DNA from: Myxococcota bacterium
Lineage (GTDB): Bacteria; Myxococcota_A; SURF-8
Direction: 5' to 3'
DNA: 64,000 bases
Assembly: GCA_965140415.1 (NCBI GenBank)
Contig: OZ223209.1
Span: forward strand, 4,992,001 to 5,056,000
Shown here: positions 57,384-64,000 of the stretch, one piece after another
How positions within the stretch are numbered: the stretch's first letter is position 1
Layout of the letters: every line of letters begins with the position of its first letter
The notes under the pieces: generated by a model
Seen by the model: the letters and a program-made list of their open reading frames with translations, nothing else
Told to the model about the DNA's origin: nothing
Database searches by the model: none
Translations under genes and position numbers: made by a program

Positions 57384-59129
57384 TTGAAACCGATCAAAGC
57401 CGTTCATCTCGTTTGGATTCTTGGAGTTTGGGCCGTTACGATCGCCTTGGGCGGATGGGTGCTGGGCGAACAGGACAGCGGTGACCAACTTGCCAACCGT
57501 TTCGGTCCAGTCCCCTGGAACCATGAACTTCACGCACGCCAGGCGGTGCGGAATTGTCAGATCTGCCACCACAAGTCCAAAGCAGGCACCAGTGATCCGC
57601 AAGCCTGCTCCGAATGCCATACAAAACCCGACGTTTCCGATTCCATCTTCGCCGTGGCTCCATTAAGAGGAGAAGTCAAGGTTGTACCAGGTGAAAAGAA
57701 ACCCAAGCCGCGCCGGGTCGCTTTTCACAAAAGTTGCCAGGGCTGCCACAAAGCCGTCGGCAAAGGACCGACTTCCTGTCGTGACTGCCACCAGTCCATT
57801 ATGGTTTCCGAAGGCGGCGGTACTAAAATGGAACACATAACCTATGCCGTCGATCACGATCTGGCCTGCACACGCTGTCACGAAGAAAACCGCCCCACGC
57901 TGATTCCCGGCGATGCCTGGGAAGATTGTGCATCCTGCCACGACGGCGCAGGTCATCTGCATCAGGTGTGGCCTGACGATGCAAAATACGATCACAGCGC
58001 CTTGTTTAAAGGAAAAGCCAGCGAGGTAGTCTGGGATCACCGCGCCCATAAATCCTATGAACTCGACGCGGATGGTGAACAGGTGAACTGCCTGAGCTGT
58101 CACCATCAAGAGCAGGATACAGACCCGCAAGAATACCGCAAATGCGGCGACTGCCACAAGGAACGCGACGGAGCCATGCAATTCGACGGCAAAGCGGCGC
58201 CTTCGCGTGCAGATGCTCTACATAAGGTCTGCTTGCGCTGCCACAACGCGCAGAAAGAACAGCCGGAAGAAATACCCGGCAACTGCCATGATTGTCACCG
58301 CACCAGCGCCAGCAATCGTCCCACAGATTTCGGAATCGCCACCTGGTCGCATAACGGTCATGCACAAGGGCTTGGAGACGATTGCACCGTCTGCCACCAT
58401 ACCGATGAGCCAGACAGCGAGACGATGACCGCTTGCCGTTCTTGCCATTTCGAAGCGGAGGCCTCGGATTTCGCTGCGCTGAAGCACAGCACCAATACCA
58501 CTTGTATCACCTGCCACGAGCAGGAATCGGTGGAAGGAATCCCTGCTGCTCAATGGAAAAACATCCAGATTTGCGATGCCTGTCATCAGCCTGTCGGAGC
58601 CGACCGGGAACAAAGCAGAGCCACTTTTGTAAAGAAACATTCCCCGCTGCAACTGAAGAACGTGATTCACGAGCAGTGCTGGGCCTGCCACAAACAGGAA
58701 GGCAAAGGACCGCAGGCCGGAGAATGCCGAGTCTGCCACGCACTGCCGCGCAGCCGTCAGATGGTGCTGCAATACGGCGACGATTCCCAGCCGCTTAAAG
58801 AGAAGCTGAATCATCTGGCACCCGACACCTACAACACGCATCGCTTGCACGTCGATGCAGGCGGCTTCCCCTGTGCGGATTGCCACCACAACATGAAACC
58901 GAGCGAGGAAGTCACGCAAAAACTGGCGAAGCTGGTCATTCCGGAAGGTAAAAACTGCAACAGCTTGCAGGCCAAAGCGGATGACTGTCTGCCGGGCAAG
59001 ACAGCCCCGCAGCACTGCGCCAACTGCCACGACAATCCCGAGCTTTCCCTGCCACAGGCGGTGACGGTGCGCAAAACGTTGTGCAACGACTGCCACACGG
59101 AGTTCGGTCTGGAAGCCCCCGTGAAATAA
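57384..59129 (+). CDS. 19-heme cytochrome c (cytochrome c3-type repeats, Hmc-like)
   Basis: 19 CxxCH motifs counted; c3-like W.H..H and CxxCHH patterns. N-terminal hydrophobic signal/anchor after TTG 57384 (GGAG upstream); start uncertain. Confidence 0.9.
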   Translation: MKPIKAVHLVWILGVWAVTIALGGWVLGEQDSGDQLANRFGPVPWNHELHARQAVRNCQICHHKSKAGTSDPQACSECHTKPDVSDSIFAVAPLRGEVKVVPGEKKPKPRRVAFHKSCQGCHKAVGKGPTSCRDCHQSIMVSEGGGTKMEHITYAVDHDLACTRCHEENRPTLIPGDAWEDCASCHDGAGHLHQVWPDDAKYDHSALFKGKASEVVWDHRAHKSYELDADGEQVNCLSCHHQEQDTDPQEYRKCGDCHKERDGAMQFDGKAAPSRADALHKVCLRCHNAQKEQPEEIPGNCHDCHRTSASNRPTDFGIATWSHNGHAQGLGDDCTVCHHTDEPDSETMTACRSCHFEAEASDFAALKHSTNTTCITCHEQESVEGIPAAQWKNIQICDACHQPVGADREQSRATFVKKHSPLQLKNVIHEQCWACHKQEGKGPQAGECRVCHALPRSRQMVLQYGDDSQPLKEKLNHLAPDTYNTHRLHVDAGGFPCADCHHNMKPSEEVTQKLAKLVIPEGKNCNSLQAKADDCLPGKTAPQHCANCHDNPELSLPQAVTVRKTLCNDCHTEFGLEAPVK

Positions 59130-59151
59130 AACACAGAAATTACATCACGTT

Positions 59152-59190
59152 AAAAGGGTGGACGCAGTCTGGCGTTCACCCTTTTCTTAT
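59152..59190 (+). terminator. Rho-independent terminator (possibly bidirectional)
   Basis: AAAAGGGTGGACGC-AGTCTG-GCGTTCACCCTTTT. Confidence 0.8.
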
Positions 59191-59234
59191 TCGCGAACAG
59201 ATTTGTATGAGATCTTGAAAGCAGCGGCAGTATT

Positions 59235-59297
59235 ATGTTGGATAAAATTTTGTCCGACATTAATAGGATTGTCGGTCAGAAAACCGGACCGACCTCA
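59235..59297. repeat. Degenerate copy of the 50358 REPIN family
   Basis: ATGTTGGATAAAATTTTGTCCGACAT...TGTCGGTCAGAAAACCGGACCGACC. Confidence 0.55.
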
Positions 59298-59380
59298 ATC
59301 TTTAATCGCGTAAGACAATAGGGACTATTCTTCGAACCAATGGATCAAGTCTAAACGATCTGTCTGGGATCCTCAGATGC

Positions 59381-60964
59381 TTATTGCCACATCAGCGCCA
59401 TGGTGCCCATGACTTTGTATACGCCATCGGGTTTGTCGCCGTTGGGATCGGCCAGCGCCATACCAGGAATGAAATAGGCTTGCTCGATGCCAAAACGCAG
59501 ACCCACATGTTCCTTCTGCGGCCAGATGTCCAAGCGTACCGCGCCTAAGACTTCCGTTCCGATATAGCGGCTGTCGGTGGGACGACGCAAGTGGTTGACC
59601 GGCGTCCCTCCTTTTTCGAAGGAGTAATAGGCGTGAGAGAAATAAGACGGCGTGGTGATGACCAGCGCACCCGCCAGGAAAGTCAGATGTTCTTTCAAGC
59701 CCAGGTTGAGATGGGGGCTGTAGCGCAATTGCGGCAGATAATAAATGGTGTTGGTAACACGTCCCTGCGTCGCGACCAGATCGATGCCCTTGGGCGCTTT
59801 GGCGGTGCGGTTGGGATTGTCCAGCACTTCAACGCTGCGCGCGGTAATCAGCGGCAGCATTTCATCGAAGAAGATCATACCCACATTGAAATCGGGGTCG
59901 AAGAAAAAGGCGTGGCTGGTATCGTCGTAGGGATCGTTGTCGCCGGAAGCGTAACCGACTTCGAATTCGATGTTGAAACCGACCTCGACGAACTCCAGTT
60001 TGGCCTGTGCGACGGCTCCGTAGGAGAAGAGATCCAGACCGTCCGGAGTGGATTCCTGCACCCAGCGGGTGGTGTTTCCTATAATCAAGGCAGCTTCGTA
60101 GTTCAATTCAAAGGCCATCTCCAACTCGTTGGGCGCGAAGGTGAAGCGGTTCTGCCCGTTGATATTGAAAACGTAGGTTTTCAGCTTGTCGCCGTCGTCG
60201 TCTTCCTGCCAGCGGTACGTAAAGGAAAAACCGTTACTGAATTCAGGCATGCGATAGTATAGGCCCACCGTGGCCATCGCAGCGATGTCGCCGTCGCGCA
60301 GTTTGGCGTTTTCATCCTGGTATACCAGATCTCCGGCCAGCACCAGGGTCAGGTATTCACCCCAGGCACCTTCGCCGGTTAGCGGTAAAAACGGAGTGGT
60401 GGCAAAGAGCACGCGGTCCACGATGTCACCGCGACTGGTAGTGCCGAAGCGCTCGTGGTTGTCTTCGCCGCTATTACCCAGTACTCCCAAGCCATAACCG
60501 CTGGTCATCTGACCAACTTTCAGCAGGCCGATGGGAGAATACCATTGGATGTAGGCGTTGCGCGGCAGGATTTCTTCGATATGTGTGCCTTCGTTTTCTT
60601 CGCGACGGTCGTAGCGCCAGTAGCCTTCCGCGAAATTCTCGTGATCGCCATACAACTGGCCGTGCAGAATATCCAGATCGACCTTGAAATACAGATCTTT
60701 CCAGTTCAACGACGGCGACCAGCGGATGCGATGCTCACCCCAACTGTGGATGGGATTCTGGGTCTGCGGCGTTTCTGCGTCCAGCGCGAAGTCGCTGAGA
60801 TAGAAGAACTCGCGGCGATACTCACCGGCGACCGGATTCCAATGTACTTCGCCGTCGGTGGAACGCGGTTTCACTTCGGCGGTATAGCCCGCTTGCGCAG
60901 CTTGCAGCGGAAGCAGCCAGAGAATGGCAAGACACATCAGCAGGGTACGATTCACATGTTTCAT
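59381..60964 (-). CDS. Outer-membrane beta-barrel (porin/alginate-export-like)
   Basis: Signal peptide (AQA), amphipathic strands, G...VG.M...YGLG motif, GYASGD, F.FDPD, C-terminal LMWQ. Confidence 0.65.
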   Translation of the reverse strand: MKHVNRTLLMCLAILWLLPLQAAQAGYTAEVKPRSTDGEVHWNPVAGEYRREFFYLSDFALDAETPQTQNPIHSWGEHRIRWSPSLNWKDLYFKVDLDILHGQLYGDHENFAEGYWRYDRREENEGTHIEEILPRNAYIQWYSPIGLLKVGQMTSGYGLGVLGNSGEDNHERFGTTSRGDIVDRVLFATTPFLPLTGEGAWGEYLTLVLAGDLVYQDENAKLRDGDIAAMATVGLYYRMPEFSNGFSFTYRWQEDDDGDKLKTYVFNINGQNRFTFAPNELEMAFELNYEAALIIGNTTRWVQESTPDGLDLFSYGAVAQAKLEFVEVGFNIEFEVGYASGDNDPYDDTSHAFFFDPDFNVGMIFFDEMLPLITARSVEVLDNPNRTAKAPKGIDLVATQGRVTNTIYYLPQLRYSPHLNLGLKEHLTFLAGALVITTPSYFSHAYYSFEKGGTPVNHLRRPTDSRYIGTEVLGAVRLDIWPQKEHVGLRFGIEQAYFIPGMALADPNGDKPDGVYKVMGTMALMWQ

Positions 60965-61212
60965 GGTACATCCCATCGTGAATGGATTGTTTCGGTCTAT
61001 CCTTAGACCACACAGCCATCTATAAGACAGATGATCTTATCTCTCACCACGAACCCCCATCGACGAGCCTCATGCTCGTTTTTCGGGAATGTTTGCCGGT
61101 GAGGCGCACGTTACAAAGAAATAGTAAGGCGTTTATAACATACGTTCGGGAAAGCTGTAAACTTTTTGTTGCTGCATGTAGTCAGAAAAGGGATTCTTTC
61201 CGGCACCCGGAA

Positions 61213-61983
61213 TCAATCGAAGGAGGATGGTGCACTGTTGACATGATAGCCGGTAAAGGCAATCGTCAAGCCGTACAATCGCCAATTGTCGCGGTCGGTG
61301 GTGTGCCAGATCTGACTGAAGGTCAATCCAATTGCAAGACCGCCACGCTTGTTCAAGCCGAATTCATAACCGATGCCGCCGTCTAGTGACCAGCGATTGA
61401 CATAGGAAGAATCCCAACCCGCTCCGGCACGCAAATACAGTCCTTTGACGGGAAAAAACGTGCTCATCAAATGCAGAATCTGCGAGCCTCCGGCGTTGCC
61501 CTGCTCCAGACTGTCGATCAGCACATCCAGCGAGTAATCCACACCCAATAAAGCCCAGGGGCGGATGCACCAGCCGATACGAAAGTTGGCGCGAAACAGA
61601 ATAGAAGGTTTGTCGCCGCCGGATTCCTGTAGAATAACGCCGGGGTCCAACCCTGCGTACAATTCCTTTCGGGCGGGAAAGTCGGTGTTCTTGCGTTCGG
61701 TGGGCTGCAAAACGCCATCGTCGGAATACGCATTGTAGCCCGATTGCTCGTCGTCTGAAGAATCGGTAGAAGGCGAAAGCTCTTCTTGCTGTTCTACAAT
61801 TTCACCTGGATCATTCGCCTTTTCAGGGGCAATCTGTTGCCCCTGCGAGCGCACGATGGATTCCGGGGTTACCTCTTGCGCCAATGCCGACAAAGAAAAC
61901 ATGGAGATTGTCAGCATTAGCAGACAGACACAAAGAACGCTTTTTGCCGGATGCAAAAAACTGAATGAAGAAATGTGATACAT
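61213..61983 (-). CDS. Small outer-membrane beta-barrel protein with an acidic N-terminal region
   Basis: Signal peptide (ALA); strands GLYLRAGAGW, GGIGYEF; start uncertain. Confidence 0.55.
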   Translation of the reverse strand: MYHISSFSFLHPAKSVLCVCLLMLTISMFSLSALAQEVTPESIVRSQGQQIAPEKANDPGEIVEQQEELSPSTDSSDDEQSGYNAYSDDGVLQPTERKNTDFPARKELYAGLDPGVILQESGGDKPSILFRANFRIGWCIRPWALLGVDYSLDVLIDSLEQGNAGGSQILHLMSTFFPVKGLYLRAGAGWDSSYVNRWSLDGGIGYEFGLNKRGGLAIGLTFSQIWHTTDRDNWRLYGLTIAFTGYHVNSAPSSFD

Positions 61984-61997
61984 CAGACTCCGCTATT

Positions 61998-64000
61998 CTA
62001 CTCGAAGGGATCAACGGTGTGGTGCATGACTTCGTCCATGGTGGTCAATCCCTCTTTAACCTTGGATAAACCGTATTCACGCAAAGTCATGAAACCGTCT
62101 TCACGCGCCTGCAACAGCATTTCTTCTTCAGTGGCGCGCTCGATAATCATGCGCCGCAGAACACGATTGACATTCAGGTATTCGTAAAAACCCAGACGGC
62201 CTTTGTACCCACGCTGATTGCAGCGATCGCAACCGGTTCCATGAGTGAACGTGTACCCGCTACGCTCGTGTGCCGGAATCATGGCCATCAGTTTTTTGTT
62301 CGGAGTATATTCCTCAACGCAATTCGAACAGATGCGCCGCGCCAGTCGCTGGTTCATAACCGCCAACAGGGTATCCGCAACCATGAAAGGTTCGATTCCC
62401 ATATTGACCAAACGAGCAATCGTAGCAACGGAAGTGTTGGTATGCAGGGTGCTTAACACCAAGTGGCCCGTCTGGCTGGCTTTGATTGCCAGCCCCGCCG
62501 TTTCCAGATCGCGGATTTCGCCGACCAGAATAATGTCCGGATCCTGACGCAGCAGGGCTTTCAAAATCCTGGGGAAGGTCAACCCGACCTTTTCGCTCAA
62601 CTGCGACTGGTTCAATCCCTCCAGTTTGTATTCGATCGGATCTTCGGCGGTGCTGATGTTCATCTCTTTGCCGCGCGTCTCCAGCAGGTAAATGAGCGAA
62701 GAGTACAGCGTCGTCGATTTACCGGAGCCGGTCGGCCCGGTGATCAGCACCATGCCCTGCGGGCGCGTGATTTTATCGATGTAGCTTTCCAGAATGGGTT
62801 CCGGCAAGCCGATCATGTCCAGTGACAGATCGTGCAGCTTGTTGCTGTCCAGAATACGCAGAACGATTTTTTCGTTGCCGCTGGCAGGCAGGGTGCTGAC
62901 ACGGAAATCCATCACGCCGTGACCTTCGATGCCCAGGCGGATGTTGCCGTCCTGAGGAACACGTCGTTCGGAGATATCCAACTCGGACATAATCTTGAAA
63001 CGCGACACCACCGCCGGGTAATCTTCCGTGCTGATCCAGCCGCCTTCCTGCAACAAGCCGTCCACGCGGTAACGTACACGCGGCACTTCGCCATATTCCA
63101 CGTGAATATCGCTGGCACCCAACTTGACGCCATCGTAGATGATTTTATCGACGATGCGCGAGATGTAGTTGTCTTCCTTGCCACGCTTGATGGCGTCGGA
63201 ATCGACGTTTTCCTCGTCCGGTACGGTCAGCACCGTGATGCGGTCGCCCGATTCCGGTTGAATTTCAGCGGCCTTGGTTTTTTGTATTTCGCTGATCAAA
63301 TGTTTTAACAGCGATTTATCGAAATTCCCGACCGGGCGCACTTTGCCGACGTTGAAAATGGCGGCGAGTTCATCGAGCTTGAACAGATCGGCGTCGTTTT
63401 CGATGTACACTTCCAATGTACGCATGCCGCGATCTTCAATGATGCGTAACGGGAAGAAAAGTTCCTTTTCAAGCCGCGAGAGTTTCAGTCGGTCGCTCAA
63501 ACTGAAGTTGATGAACTGTCCGACTTCCGTCAGATCGGAATTGCCGCTTTGCAGTTGTCCCATCAAGGCTTTCACGAGCAAGCCGTATTTATCGTTGGAA
63601 ATCAGGTTAAGTTGGGCTAATAACGCCCCGATCTTCTTGTCGCGCGCATGATCGGCCTGGTATTTCAATGCATAATCCAGATCGGCACGTGTAATCACAC
63701 CGTGCTTGATCAGGATTTCACCGATCGGCTGCTTTTTCTTGAACAGACTCGGTTTCTGCTCCGCCGGTGGCGCTTCGGTGTCAGCTTTTTCTTCTTTCTC
63801 GGCCTTTTCCTGCTCTTCCGGTAGAGGAGGTGGTAATTCCAGTTCATCCGGCAAGGGTGGCGGCGTTTCTTCTTCAGGCAGGGGAGGAGGCTCCGGCGGC
63901 AGTTCTCCTTCGGTGAGCAGCGTCAATGCGGGATCATACCCCGGTTGCTCCTCTTCTTCCTCTTCCACCGGTTGCCCCGGCACTTCGGTTTTGGACAAGA
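61998..64000 (-). CDS. GspE/PilB family secretion ATPase (5' end probably outside the window)
   Basis: MshEN-like IGEILI..G.I, ASDIH, R.PQDG, TGPTGSGKSTT, EDPIEY, LRQDPD, GEIRD, TGHLVLSTLHT, C..C...GC..C...GY.GR. Confidence 0.92.
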   Translation of the reverse strand, partial: LSKTEVPGQPVEEEEEEQPGYDPALTLLTEGELPPEPPPLPEEETPPPLPDELELPPPLPEEQEKAEKEEKADTEAPPAEQKPSLFKKKQPIGEILIKHGVITRADLDYALKYQADHARDKKIGALLAQLNLISNDKYGLLVKALMGQLQSGNSDLTEVGQFINFSLSDRLKLSRLEKELFFPLRIIEDRGMRTLEVYIENDADLFKLDELAAIFNVGKVRPVGNFDKSLLKHLISEIQKTKAAEIQPESGDRITVLTVPDEENVDSDAIKRGKEDNYISRIVDKIIYDGVKLGASDIHVEYGEVPRVRYRVDGLLQEGGWISTEDYPAVVSRFKIMSELDISERRVPQDGNIRLGIEGHGVMDFRVSTLPASGNEKIVLRILDSNKLHDLSLDMIGLPEPILESYIDKITRPQGMVLITGPTGSGKSTTLYSSLIYLLETRGKEMNISTAEDPIEYKLEGLNQSQLSEKVGLTFPRILKALLRQDPDIILVGEIRDLETAGLAIKASQTGHLVLSTLHTNTSVATIARLVNMGIEPFMVADTLLAVMNQRLARRICSNCVEEYTPNKKLMAMIPAHERSGYTFTHGTGCDRCNQRGYKGRLGFYEYLNVNRVLRRMIIERATEEEMLLQAREDGFMTLREYGLSKVKEGLTTMDEVMHHTVDPFE

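Overview
A 64-kb chromosomal window (~53% GC by eye) from an anaerobic, deltaproteobacterial/Myxococcota-like bacterium; the lineage is inferred from gene content only. There is no rRNA, tRNA, CRISPR array or transposase. Content: a partial PAS/GAF sensor; a double-cubane-cluster reductase (DCCP-like) with its ATP-dependent activator; a 2,494-aa acidic surface lipoprotein built from DGDxx pentapeptide linkers; a GMC/TAT-subunit/multiheme dehydrogenase operon; Rrf2-iscS-iscU; two 2-oxoacid:ferredoxin oxidoreductase clusters; galK with a eukaryote-type UDP-sugar pyrophosphorylase; PilZ; a T2SS secretin and ATPase; mreB; a two-component pair; a clostripain lipoprotein; an HDAC-family enzyme; MocR-ilvE; an atypical rnf operon divergent from a 19-heme cytochrome; two beta-barrels; and several REP/REPIN-like repeats. 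Best candidates for new biology: (1) a leader ORF with an in-frame UGA and a SECIS-like hairpin, coupled to mutually exclusive RBS-sequestering structures upstream of the DCCP gene, i.e. a possible selenium-sensing translational attenuator; (2) a rewired Rnf with degenerate RnfC/RnfD flavin sites and RnfB fused to an NADPH flavoenzyme; (3) a DGD-repeat system shared by six lipoproteins; (4) an IscS lacking the PLP lysine.
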